Part shown: in pieces, positions 50,846-60,425 of the stretch
Position numbering within the stretch: position 1 is the stretch's first letter
Layout: every line of letters starts with the position of its first letter
Assembly (NCBI GenBank): GCA_963707915.1
Contig: OY970178.1
Span: 1,472,001 to 1,536,000, forward strand
DNA: 64,000 bases
Origin: Candidatus Eiseniibacteriota bacterium
Lineage (GTDB): Bacteria > Eisenbacteria > RBG-16-71-46
Direction: 5' to 3'
Notes under the pieces: model-generated
Database searches by the model: none
What the model saw: only the letters and a program-made list of their open reading frames with translations
What the model was told of the DNA's origin: nothing
Translations under genes and position numbers: made by a program

Positions 50846-51891
50846 GGCACCCTCACAAGGCGGATGCTGCGCCGCATGTCGCCCGCGATCAGCCAGGCCC
50901 GGTACGGTCCCGGCGCGACCGCGCGCCCCGCGCTGTTCTTGCCGTCCCATTTGACCTCCGCGTGATCGGAGTACTGCCCGATCGCGAGGTTCTGCAGATC
51001 GGCGTTGCGCCACACCAGGCGCCCTGCCGCGTCCACGATGTCGATGCGCGCTGCGGTTTCGTCCACCAGGTCGACCGGGATGGACACGGTTTCGCCCTCG
51101 CGGCTCGGGTTCGGGTAGGCCGGCTCGATGGCCCAGGCGAGCGCGGGCACCACCGCCCGCACGGCCGGCGCGACCGAAGGCACGGCCGTGCTGTGGGCGC
51201 TCTCGTTGCCGCTCAGGTCGGTGGCGGTGACCTGGTACCACAGCGGGGTGACGCCCGCGGTGGCGCCGGCGGGGAGCGCGTCGTCCTGGTACTCGGCCGC
51301 CGTGACCAGGTCGAGGTTGAGTTTCGTGTACGGGCCCTCCGCGGCGGTCGCGCGGTAGACCGAGTAGCCCGCGAGGTCCGGCGCGCCGCTCGGCGTCCAG
51401 CTCACGTGCACGCCGGTCCCCATCACCTCGGTGACCAGCCCGGAGGGGGCCGCGGGCGGCGCGCCGTCGAACGTGCCGTCCCAGCGCACCACGTTCGAGA
51501 CCCCCGACCAGTTGCCGGCGCCGTCGCGCACGCGCAGGGCGAAGTAGTAGATGGCGCCCGGGGTCAGCCCGCGGACCGTCACCTGCTGCGCGGTCCCGCT
51601 GACCAGCGGCGCGGGCAGCCCGTCCAGCACCGTGGCCGCGCCCCAGCTCGACAGCGTGATGGGTGCGTCGGACATGCGCAGCTCGTACGCCGCGGCCGTC
51701 CCCGAGAGGCTGTCGTCACCCACCGCCGTCCAGCGCAGCGTCACGCTGTCCGCCGCCGCACCCTGGGCGCGCACCAGCGCCGGAGCGAGCAGCAGCAGCC
51801 CGATCAGCGCGAACAGCGGGAACCAGGCCCGCCAGTGGGCGCGCCCGCGCCGCACGGGGCGCCACGGGCGCGCGGGCGGCCTGCGTCTCAC
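50842..51891 (-). CDS. Secreted FN3-domain protein with a FlgD-Ig/T9SS-like C-terminal domain
   Basis: Signal peptide; LRWTAVGDD…YYFALRVRD; second FN3; AYPNP…IVDAAGRLV…WDGKNSAGRAVAPGPY. Confidence 0.8.
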   Translation of the reverse strand: MRRRPPARPWRPVRRGRAHWRAWFPLFALIGLLLLAPALVRAQGAAADSVTLRWTAVGDDSLSGTAAAYELRMSDAPITLSSWGAATVLDGLPAPLVSGTAQQVTVRGLTPGAIYYFALRVRDGAGNWSGVSNVVRWDGTFDGAPPAAPSGLVTEVMGTGVHVSWTPSGAPDLAGYSVYRATAAEGPYTKLNLDLVTAAEYQDDALPAGATAGVTPLWYQVTATDLSGNESAHSTAVPSVAPAVRAVVPALAWAIEPAYPNPSREGETVSIPVDLVDETAARIDIVDAAGRLVWRNADLQNLAIGQYSDHAEVKWDGKNSAGRAVAPGPYRAWLIAGDMRRSIRLVRVP

Positions 51892-52712
51892 AGCCGGGCC
51901 CCCTGTGCCTCACGAGCGGACGGCTCCGCCGTGCGGTGCCACGACATCCAGACGAAGCTCGCGGCCAGGTTGCGGATCGCGGCCGGGGCCATGGTGTCGG
52001 TCGTGGTCGCCGAGGGAACGTTCGAGAGCGCGGAAGGGTTGCCCGCGTCGTCGGTCGTGCGCAGCGCGAAGTAGTAGGTGACCCGGCGGCTCAGGCCGCG
52101 CACCACCGCGGTCTGCGCCGTGCCGGCGACGGCGGGAACGGGCGCGCCGGTGACCGCGGTCGCGCTCGCGAAGTTGGCGGGCGTGATGGGCGCGGTCGAG
52201 TAGCGGATGTCGTACGAGGTGGCCGTGCCGGTGAGGCTGTCGTCCCCCACCGCGGTCCAGGCGAGCGTCGCGCTGGTGTCGTTCACGGCCGAGACGGCCA
52301 CGCTCGCGGCGGCCGGCCGGGTGACGTCGGGCGCGGCGCTGGTGGTCCGCGTGACCACGTTGGAGATCAGCGACCAGTTGCCGGCCGCGTCGGCCGTCTT
52401 GATCGCGAACCAGTACGCGGTCGCGGGCTGGAGCCCGGTCACCGTGGTGCCCTCGCTCGAGCCGGGCGCGGCGGGCGCGGGCATCCCGGTCACGCGCGTG
52501 GCGCTCGCGAAGTTCGCCGCAGTGATCAGCGAAGTCGCGTAGCGCAGGTCGTACTGGGCCGCCGTGCCGGTGATGCTGTCGTCGCCCGACGCGGTCCACG
52601 CGAGGTGGACGCTGTTCCAGGCGCTCTGGGCGAGCGAATCGGCAGGCGTGAACCCGACGAGCAGGAGGAGGAACACGAGAGAGGAGGCAGTTGCGAGGCG
52701 AGGATGTCTCAT
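51888..52712 (-). CDS. Secreted protein with two tandem FN3 repeats
   Basis: GGAGG SD; signal peptide; two copies of LAWTAxGDDSxTGTAxxYDxRY…FAxxTxDxAGN. Confidence 0.82.
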   Translation of the reverse strand: MRHPRLATASSLVFLLLLVGFTPADSLAQSAWNSVHLAWTASGDDSITGTAAQYDLRYATSLITAANFASATRVTGMPAPAAPGSSEGTTVTGLQPATAYWFAIKTADAAGNWSLISNVVTRTTSAAPDVTRPAAASVAVSAVNDTSATLAWTAVGDDSLTGTATSYDIRYSTAPITPANFASATAVTGAPVPAVAGTAQTAVVRGLSRRVTYYFALRTTDDAGNPSALSNVPSATTTDTMAPAAIRNLAASFVWMSWHRTAEPSAREAQGARL

Positions 52713-52888
52713 CAGGTCCTCCGGCGACCCGGCTGCCGGGATGCAGTCCCGTGGCCGAGAGCCTTCCGCTGGTGTGTTCCAAGGGGTCATCGGTGCGGAC
52801 TCGGCGGAGGGCTCGAAGACCGTCCTTCCCTGGGCGGCTCTCGGGACCCGCGGGTGACGTCCGGACCACGAAAACCGCGCCGCGATTC

Positions 52889-52904
52889 AGCACGAAGCGT
52901 GCCC
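52889..52904 (-). promoter_or_regulatory. Sigma-54 promoter candidate for the FN3/PorV operon
   Basis: GGGCACGCTTCGTGCT (GG-N10-GC); also a small palindrome. Confidence 0.4.
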
Positions 52905-53269
52905 TCCACGGAACCCGGTCCGCGGACCGAAGCGACCCGAACGGCGATCCCACAAACCCGCCTCAGCAGCGGCACTACGCGCGCCGTTGCAAGTCGCTTG
53001 GAAACGGGCGGCCGGCAACGCGGGCCGGAATCTGCATCCCCGGAGGCGCGGGCGTCGAGCGGACTGCAACGCGGCGCCGCGGCGGCTCCGACCGGCACTC
53101 GCGCCGGAGCCCCCGCCCCGCAGGGGGGCCGTCCACGAAGGGAGCGGAGCGCAACCGGACGCGACCACACGGAGCGCGGGGCCGGACCGCCGGGGGGGGT
53201 GTCGGGATCTGGGTCACATTCCCCGGCGGCCGCCCCTTGGAGCGTGCCCGGGACGCCCCGGATCGCCCG

Positions 53270-53299
53270 TTGACACCCCGCCGGAAGCGAACCTATCCT
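53270..53299 (+). promoter_or_regulatory. Candidate sigma-70 promoter of the pil operon
   Basis: TTGACA-N18-TATCCT. Confidence 0.5.
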
Positions 53300-53506
53300 G
53301 CGGCGTCGCTGGGCTTTCATCCATTCGGCACCGGTGCCGGCGTGGAAGCCGATCGTCAGCGGAACGTTCCATGCGTCCCTGCGCACGGGGGAATCCCTGC
53401 GTCGGCTGCGCCATGGGGTTGCCTCGGGCACGTGCCGGATATCCCCGTGACCTGACATACCCCAGGACATCCAAACGAGGACCGAACCGGGCGTGACCGC
53501 TTGCCA

Positions 53507-54631
53507 ATGACCCCATCCCCCCTGCAGCGCGACGCGATCCTGCGCCAGGCCGTCGACCTGGGCGCTTCCGACCTGCTCATCACCGCGGGCCACCCCGTGA
53601 TGGTGACCGTGGCCGGCGTGCTCCAGCCGCTGCCGGGTACCGAGCCGCTGACTCCCATGGAGTCCCGCCGCCTGGCCGAGGGCTTCCTCACGCCGGCCCT
53701 GCACGAACGCTTCCTGCGCGACCTGGAGCTCGACACGCGCTGCTTCCTGCCGGGGGTGGCCCACTTCCGCGTGAACCTCTTCATCCAGCGCGGCCACTGG
53801 GGCGCCGCGATCCGCGTCGTCCCGCTCCGCATCCCCCTGCCCTCGGAGCTGGGACTGCCGCCCCACGTGGTCAGCCGCGTGCTGGGCATCGCGCGCGGCC
53901 TGGTGCTGGTGACCGGCCCGACCGGCGCCGGCAAGTCCACCACCATCGCCTCGCTGCTCGAGCAGCTGAACCAGCAGGGCCAGCGGCGCCACGTCGTGAC
54001 GGTCGAGGACCCGATCGAGTTCGTGTTCGAGGCGAAGAACGCGGTGTTCGAGCAGCGCGAGGTCGGCACCGACACCAAGAGCTACGCGCGCGGCCTGCGC
54101 GGGGCGCTGCGCCAGATGCCGAACGTCATCTTCGTGGGCGAGATGCGCGACCTCACCAGCATGGCCATCGCGCTCAGCGCCGCCGAGACCGGCAACCTGG
54201 TGATCTCCACCATGGCGACGCAGAGCGCCTCGCAGACCGTGACGCGCATCATCGATTCGTTCCCCCCGCACCAGCAGTCGCAGATCCGCTCGCAGCTCGC
54301 GCTCACGCTGAAGGCGGTGATCGCGCAGGTGCTGCTGGCGCGGGCGGACGGCCGCGGCCGGGTGGCCGCGCGCGAGGTCCTGTTCGTCAACCCGGCCGTC
54401 GCCAACCTGATCCGCGACGACAAGATCCACCAGGTCCCCAACGCCATCGCCACCGGCGGCCGCGAGGACATGATCTCGCTCGACGACGCGCTCGCCGACC
54501 TGGTGGACCGCGGCACCGTCACGTTCGAGACCGCCTACCCGTTCTTCGAGGACTCCGAGAAGCGCGGCGCGCTGCAGAAGCGCTACTACCGCGTGGCGGC
54601 CATCCCCGCAGCGGGCGCACGGAGGGCATGA
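53507..54631 (+). CDS. pilT: PilT/PilU-family ATPase with a degenerate His box
   Basis: ASDL, FRVN, GPTGAGKST, EDPIE, QREVG, VGEMRD, AAETG. Confidence 0.85.
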   Translation: MTPSPLQRDAILRQAVDLGASDLLITAGHPVMVTVAGVLQPLPGTEPLTPMESRRLAEGFLTPALHERFLRDLELDTRCFLPGVAHFRVNLFIQRGHWGAAIRVVPLRIPLPSELGLPPHVVSRVLGIARGLVLVTGPTGAGKSTTIASLLEQLNQQGQRRHVVTVEDPIEFVFEAKNAVFEQREVGTDTKSYARGLRGALRQMPNVIFVGEMRDLTSMAIALSAAETGNLVISTMATQSASQTVTRIIDSFPPHQQSQIRSQLALTLKAVIAQVLLARADGRGRVAAREVLFVNPAVANLIRDDKIHQVPNAIATGGREDMISLDDALADLVDRGTVTFETAYPFFEDSEKRGALQKRYYRVAAIPAAGARRA

Positions 54632-54632
54632 C

Positions 54633-56354
54633 ATGAGCCTCTCGTTCCGGCTTTCGACCCGGCGTTTCGGCGAGCTGCTGATGGAGCGCGGCTGGGTCAC
54701 GCCCGAGCAGCTCGCGCTCGCGCTGCGTTCGCGCCAGGACGCGCGCGAGCGCCTGGGGCAGACCCTGGTGCGCCTCGGGCTGCTGAAGGAACGCGACGTC
54801 ACCGAGCTGCTGGGCGAGCAGTTCTCGCTGGTGGTGGTGGACGCGGAGCAGCTGGCCAAGGCCGACCCCGAGGCCGTCGCGCTGGTCCCCGAACACCTCG
54901 CCCGCCAGGCCCTGCTGCTCGCGCTGCGGCGCGAGGGCGACACCCTCGACATCGCCGTGGGCGACCCGCTCGACGTGGTCTCGCTCGACCACCTGCGGGC
55001 GCTCACCGGCTGCACGCTGCATGTCTGCCTGGCCCGCCCGAGCGAGGCGAACGAGGCGATCGACAACTTCTACCAGCAGATCCGCAGCTCGGAGAACCTG
55101 GGCCAGATCCTCGACAAGATCGACCTGTCGGCCGCGGCCCAGGAGGAGGACGTGGACCTCGCCGCCCTGCGCCAGCAGGTCGAGGACGCGCCGGTCGTGC
55201 GGCTGGTCAACCTGATGCTGGCCGAGGCGATCGACGCCCGCGCCAGCGACATCCACGTGGAGCCCCTGCGCGACCGCCTCACCGTGCGCTTCCGCATCGA
55301 CGGCGCCCTGCACGAGGTGATGAAGCCGCCCAAGAACCTGCAGATGGCCATCGTCTCGCGCATCAAGGTGCTCGCCGACGTGGACATCGCGGTGCGCCTG
55401 CTGCCGCAGGACGGGCGCCTGACCGTGCACCTGCCCGACCGCGAGGTGGACATCCGCGTCTCGACCCTGCCCACCGCCTTCGGCGAGAAGGTCGTGATGC
55501 GGCTCTTCGACAAGAAGGCGTTCACCCGCGAGATCGAGCGCCTGGGCCTCGACGGCGCCGGGCTCGAGGCCTTCCGCCGCGCCATCCACCTGCCCCACGG
55601 CATGATCCTGGTCTCCGGGCCGACCGGCAGCGGCAAGACCACGACGCTCTACTCGGCGCTGAGCGAGATCAAGACGGTCTCCAAGAACCTGATCTCGGTC
55701 GAGGACCCGATCGAGTACCACATCGAGGGCGTGAACCAGGTGCACGCGAACCACAAGGTCGGCATGACCTTCGCGCGCGCGCTGCGCTCCATCCTGCGCC
55801 AGGACCCCGACATCATCATGATCGGCGAGATCCGCGACGCCGAGACCGCCGACATCGCGGTCAAGAGCGCCCTCACCGGGCACCTGATGCTCTCGAGCGT
55901 GCACGCCAACGACGCCCCCGGCACGGTGACCCGGCTGATCGACATGGGCGTGCCGCGCTACCTGGTGGGCTCGGCGGTCGCGCTGGTGATGGCGCAGCGC
56001 CTGGTGCGCCGGGTCTGCGAGCGCTGCAAGGAGAGCTACATCGCCGACCCCGAGCAGCTCGCCCCGCTCGGCGACGACGGCGCGCTGCTGGCCGGCCGCC
56101 GGCTGTGGCGCGGGCGCGGCTGCCTGGCGTGCAAGCAGACCGGCTACCTGGGGCGCACCGCCCTGTTCGAGGTGCTCGAGCTCTCGCGCGGCATGCGGCG
56201 CATGGTGCTGGATGGGCTCAACGAGGACCAGATCAAGCAGCACGCCCTGGGCGAGGGCCTGGTGACGCTGCGCAAGAGCGGCATCCGCAAGATCCTCGAG
56301 GGTGTGACCACCATCGAGGAAGTGCGCTACGCCACGCTCGCGGACCACGCCTGA
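54633..56354 (+). CDS. pilB: Type IV pilus / T2SS assembly ATPase (PilB/GspE)
   Basis: ASDIH, PQDG, GPTGSGKTTT, RQDPD…GEIRD, CERC/CLAC zinc motif; MshEN-like N-terminus. Confidence 0.92.
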   Translation: MSLSFRLSTRRFGELLMERGWVTPEQLALALRSRQDARERLGQTLVRLGLLKERDVTELLGEQFSLVVVDAEQLAKADPEAVALVPEHLARQALLLALRREGDTLDIAVGDPLDVVSLDHLRALTGCTLHVCLARPSEANEAIDNFYQQIRSSENLGQILDKIDLSAAAQEEDVDLAALRQQVEDAPVVRLVNLMLAEAIDARASDIHVEPLRDRLTVRFRIDGALHEVMKPPKNLQMAIVSRIKVLADVDIAVRLLPQDGRLTVHLPDREVDIRVSTLPTAFGEKVVMRLFDKKAFTREIERLGLDGAGLEAFRRAIHLPHGMILVSGPTGSGKTTTLYSALSEIKTVSKNLISVEDPIEYHIEGVNQVHANHKVGMTFARALRSILRQDPDIIMIGEIRDAETADIAVKSALTGHLMLSSVHANDAPGTVTRLIDMGVPRYLVGSAVALVMAQRLVRRVCERCKESYIADPEQLAPLGDDGALLAGRRLWRGRGCLACKQTGYLGRTALFEVLELSRGMRRMVLDGLNEDQIKQHALGEGLVTLRKSGIRKILEGVTTIEEVRYATLADHA

Positions 56355-57616
56355 TGCCGAGCTTCTTCTACCGCGCGCGCGACCTGGAAGGGCGTCCTCA
56401 CGAGGGGGTCGAGGTGGCCAACTCGGAGGAGGAGGTGCTGCGCATGCTGGAGGGCGCGCAGCTCGTGCCGGTCGCCATCGAGGCGCGCGCGGTCGAGGGC
56501 GAGGCCGCCCCGGGACTGGACCTGGGGACCTTGTGGCACGGCTTCGAGCGGCGCCTGAGCGGCACGGTGAAGCCCGCCTCGGTGGCGCTCTTCGCGCGCC
56601 AGCTCTCGACCATGGTCGGCGTGGGACTGCCGCTGGTGAAGTCGCTGCGCTCGATCGCCCGGGACCACGAGGACCGGCGGCTGGCCGCCATCCTCAGCCA
56701 GGTGGCCGACGACGTGCAGAAGGGCGACACCCTGTCCGCGGCGATGGCCCGCCACCCCCATGCCTTCGACGACGTGTTCGTGAGCCTGGTGAACACCGGC
56801 GAGGTGAGCGGCACGCTCGACCAGATCCTCGACCAGACCGCCACCTACCTCGAGCGCGCCGAGGAGCTGCGGCTCAAGGTCGAGGCGGCCCTGCGCTACC
56901 CGACCTTCGTGCTGGTCTTCTCGATGCTCGTTCTGGTCGGGATGATGCTGTGGGTCGTCCCGCGATTCTCGGAGATCTACGGACGCTTCAAGGTGCCGCT
57001 GCCCTGGCCCACGCTCGTCCTGCTGACCGTCAGCCGCACGATCACGCAGAACATGGCGGTGGCGCTGCTGCTCGCGGGGGCGGCCGTGCTGGCCGGCTGG
57101 AACGCGGCGCGCACGGAGGCCGGCCGGCTGTGGGTCGACCGGACCAAGTTCGGCCTGCCGATCTTCGGCCCGCTCATCCGGATGTACGCGATCACCAAGT
57201 TCGCGCGCACGCTGGGGATGCTGACCGCGAGCGGCACGCAGATCCTCTACGCGTTGAAGGTGCTGCAACCGGTGCCCGGGAACAAGGTGCTCGAGCAGGG
57301 CATCGAGCAGGTGCGCGCGCGGGTCGAGCAGGGCAGCAGCCTCTCGCGCGCGATGACGGAGACCGGGGTCTTCCCCGAGATGCTCGTGCAGATGACCGCC
57401 ACGGGCGAAGAGACCGGGCAGTTGGACAACATGCTCAAGCGCACCGCCGACTTCTACGAGCAGCGTGTGTCGGCGGCAGTGCAGGGGCTCAGTTCGCTGG
57501 TGGAGCCGATCGCGATCGTCATCCTCGGGGCGATCGTGGGCGTCATGCTGATCGCGCTCTACCTGCCCATCTTCAGCCTCGGCCAGGCCATGCGTCAGGG
57601 CGTGCTGGGGCATTGA
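56354..57616 (+). CDS. pilC: Type IV pilus / T2SS platform protein (PilC/GspF)
   Basis: FARQLSTM, GEVSGTL, ALRYP, GEETGQL, LVEP, LYLPIF. Confidence 0.93.
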   Translation: MPSFFYRARDLEGRPHEGVEVANSEEEVLRMLEGAQLVPVAIEARAVEGEAAPGLDLGTLWHGFERRLSGTVKPASVALFARQLSTMVGVGLPLVKSLRSIARDHEDRRLAAILSQVADDVQKGDTLSAAMARHPHAFDDVFVSLVNTGEVSGTLDQILDQTATYLERAEELRLKVEAALRYPTFVLVFSMLVLVGMMLWVVPRFSEIYGRFKVPLPWPTLVLLTVSRTITQNMAVALLLAGAAVLAGWNAARTEAGRLWVDRTKFGLPIFGPLIRMYAITKFARTLGMLTASGTQILYALKVLQPVPGNKVLEQGIEQVRARVEQGSSLSRAMTETGVFPEMLVQMTATGEETGQLDNMLKRTADFYEQRVSAAVQGLSSLVEPIAIVILGAIVGVMLIALYLPIFSLGQAMRQGVLGH

Positions 57617-57758
57617 CCGGGTCCGGGACCGGAAGGGCCCGGACCGAAGCACCGGACGCCGGCATCCGCGGCGGCCGGAGGTTGCACCACTCGCGGCACG
57701 GCGACGCCGTCCGCCCATGCGTCGTTCGTCGGAGCCAGCAACCCTGAGGAGAGACATC

Positions 57759-58148
57759 ATGCACCGGAACGAGAAGGGCTTCACCCTGATGGAACTCATG
57801 GTGGTCATCGTGATCGTGGCCATCCTCGCCGCGGTGGCGGTCCCGCTCTACATCAACTACGTCAAGGACGCACAGCGCACCGATGCCAAGGCTGCGATCG
57901 GCGCGATCATCACGGCAGAGCAGTCGTACTTCTTGAAGGGCCAGGCGGGCACACCGACGTTCACCGCGGACATAGACCAACTGATTGCCTCGGGTGTGCT
58001 CGACGAGGCCTTCAAGGCAGACGTAGCGAAGCGATGGGAGATAACGCTGACCGGTGACGGTGACGGCTTCGGCGTGACGGCGAGACGTGACTCTCTTGCC
58101 GTTTCATATACGTACGACAAGACCACCGGAGGGACCTGGGAGCCCTAG
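57759..58148 (+). CDS. Type IVa prepilin, probably the major pilin
   Basis: MHRNEKG|FTLMELMVVIVIVAILAAVAVP; strong SD GAGGAG; preceded by an intergenic gap. Confidence 0.88.
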   Translation: MHRNEKGFTLMELMVVIVIVAILAAVAVPLYINYVKDAQRTDAKAAIGAIITAEQSYFLKGQAGTPTFTADIDQLIASGVLDEAFKADVAKRWEITLTGDGDGFGVTARRDSLAVSYTYDKTTGGTWEP

Positions 58149-58152
58149 CCGA

Positions 58153-58584
58153 GTGATCACCGAGTCGCCCTGGAGCCTTGGAGAGCGAGGCATCGGCCTC
58201 ATGGAGGTGGTGGTCGCGACCGTCATCGCGGTCATCGCCGTCGTCGCTCTTGCCTACTCCTTCGGCATGGGGCGCGGGCTCGTCAATCAATACGAGGTCG
58301 CCCGCATGGCGCTGGCCGCCGCGCAGCGTCGCATGGAGATGCTGGCGGCGGCGCCCACGTCGGCCGACTTGGCATTGGGTCCGGGGAACACCACCGTGAC
58401 CCGCGGCCCGCTGGACGTCGTCGTGGATGGGAGGACCTCCTGCCGGGAATCCTGGACCGTCGAGCGGTTCGCCGACCCGGTGAATCCCGCATCGGCCGAT
58501 CTCAAGAAGGTGACCGTGACCGTCGAGTGGGGCCAGTCCCGCCCCAACGAGTCCATCACGCTGACCCGGCTGTTCTCCCGGTGA
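58153..58584 (+). CDS. Minor pilin (PilV-like)
   Basis: ERG|IGLMEVVVA; LKKVTVTVEW. Confidence 0.75.
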   Translation: MITESPWSLGERGIGLMEVVVATVIAVIAVVALAYSFGMGRGLVNQYEVARMALAAAQRRMEMLAAAPTSADLALGPGNTTVTRGPLDVVVDGRTSCRESWTVERFADPVNPASADLKKVTVTVEWGQSRPNESITLTRLFSR

Positions 58585-59099
58585 AGTCCGTGGATCGTCG
58601 TTCGTCGCGGGGACTGACCCTGATCGAGGTCACGATCGTGGTGGCCCTTTCCATGCTGGTGGTGATGGGGATGATCAGCTTCTACATCAGCTCCCAGTCC
58701 ACCTGGATGGCCGGCTCCACGCAGGCCCTGACCCAGCGGGACGCCACCCTGCTGATCGAGACCATCTCGGACCAGGTCCGCGCTTCGGCCCACGCGGAGG
58801 TCACGGGCTCGCGCGACCAGTTCCTCATCCTTCGCGACCCGCACGGAGACGAGACCTGGCGCTTCTGGTGGAACGATGAACCCGGCTCCGACTCGCTCGT
58901 CTACCAGGCCGGAGTCGACTCGCTCGGCCACCAGGTCGACCGTGGCCCGGTGGTCGCCTCACGGGTGACGCGCTTCCAGATCGACACGCTCACGCAACTG
59001 GTCGAGATCCGCACGGTCGAGCTGCGCGCTGGCGATGGCCAGCTCGTGCGCATGTCCTCGTCCGCGGCGCTCTACAACCGCGGGACCCCGTCGCCATGA
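58581..59099 (+). CDS. Minor pilin (PilW-like)
   Basis: RG|LTLIEVTIV. Confidence 0.75.
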   Translation: MKSVDRRSSRGLTLIEVTIVVALSMLVVMGMISFYISSQSTWMAGSTQALTQRDATLLIETISDQVRASAHAEVTGSRDQFLILRDPHGDETWRFWWNDEPGSDSLVYQAGVDSLGHQVDRGPVVASRVTRFQIDTLTQLVEIRTVELRAGDGQLVRMSSSAALYNRGTPSP

Positions 59100-60409
59100 C
59101 CCCCCGCGCCCACGGGCCCCACCACGGCGAGGCCGGCTTCGTCCTCATCGGGGTCGTCATCTTCGTGCTCGCGCTCACCATCATCGGCATCTCGCTCTTC
59201 AGCCTGTCGAGCTACGAGGCGCAGTTCCTCCAGCGCTCGCTCGACAGCGAGCAGGCGTTCCAGTCTGCTGTCGGGGGCATGGAACGCGCCAAGGTCATGC
59301 TCACAAATCCCCCGTACGCTCTCGAGAGCGTGGTGCCATCGAGCGCGCCAGTCGAGAACGTCATCGCCGCCGTAGCCATTCAGGTGCGGAACGGTGACTC
59401 GGTCTCGATCGGACCAGTAGAGTGGGTCGCGGACCAGTCCGTCCACCTGCGGGTGACCGCCCGGGTGAACGGCCAGCAGTGCACAGTGGCGGGGATCTTC
59501 ACACCGCAGGAGGCCTCAAACTATTATCGGCAGCTAATGACGACGAGCGGACGGATCGCGGTGGACCCGCCAGCCAGTGCCGACTCCACAATGCCGCCGC
59601 TGCCCACGATTGACCTCGGCGGCACTGTTTGGCAGGGGACAATCGAGAGCCCGCTTGACACGGTTTGGACTTTGACTAGCAGCTTGCGGTCGTGGGAACA
59701 GCGGTACCTGCTCAAGGACTATGCGGACGATCCGGACGTGATCTCGTACTTCGCAAGCAATGCCCCGAGTGCTGCACTACTGCCCCAATATTCGTACGAT
59801 GAGGAGCCGATTGACGTAAGTCACTACACCTTCGCGGCCAACTCCAATTCCCCCACCTACTACCGTGTCCCCAACGGGTTCAACCTCGGCTTGTACCTGT
59901 ACGACATGTGCGGCGGCGCGGAGATCATGGTCACGGGCCAAGGCTGTGTGGTTTGGGAGTTGCCCGCCGGCGTGCGCTTCCTGAACCCCCCGCATATCCA
60001 GGGTCCCCCGGGGACCGTCCTTGTCATCGTGGCCGGCCCAGACCCGACGGACCCAAACAAGCCTGCAATCTTCTTCGAGGGCGGAGTGCGGTCGGACATT
60101 CCCCTGATCCTGGTCTCGAATGGCACCGTGGCAATCCAGCACATCAACAACCAGGGCTTCACTGACCAAGCCGGGTTCTCTACCAGGGTTGAGGAGATCG
60201 CCATCTACGCGCAGAACATCGTCCTGCGCGGGCCCCGCAGCCACACTCAGGGCAACCTCCTCATGGAGCTGCGACACCCCGAGAACGGTGATCTGAACCG
60301 AATCTGGGTCCCCTACCTCGCCGAGCAAGACGGACTCCCCAACCTCAACTCCACCAGCGGGCACGACCTGGTCCTGCAACCGGGCACTTGGCACGCGAGC
60401 GACCGGTAG
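59096..60409 (+). CDS. Large minor pilin (PilX/GspK-like)
   Basis: EAG|FVLIGVV lacking E5; QAFQSAVGGME; long C-terminal region. Confidence 0.72.
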   Translation: MTPRAHGPHHGEAGFVLIGVVIFVLALTIIGISLFSLSSYEAQFLQRSLDSEQAFQSAVGGMERAKVMLTNPPYALESVVPSSAPVENVIAAVAIQVRNGDSVSIGPVEWVADQSVHLRVTARVNGQQCTVAGIFTPQEASNYYRQLMTTSGRIAVDPPASADSTMPPLPTIDLGGTVWQGTIESPLDTVWTLTSSLRSWEQRYLLKDYADDPDVISYFASNAPSAALLPQYSYDEEPIDVSHYTFAANSNSPTYYRVPNGFNLGLYLYDMCGGAEIMVTGQGCVVWELPAGVRFLNPPHIQGPPGTVLVIVAGPDPTDPNKPAIFFEGGVRSDIPLILVSNGTVAIQHINNQGFTDQAGFSTRVEEIAIYAQNIVLRGPRSHTQGNLLMELRHPENGDLNRIWVPYLAEQDGLPNLNSTSGHDLVLQPGTWHASDR

Positions 60410-60425
60410 CCTATAACTTGCGTTC

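Noticed and set aside
57660..57700. Sigma-54 promoter for the pilin gene (…GGAGGTTGCA)
   Set aside because: GG-N10-GC spacing is not met
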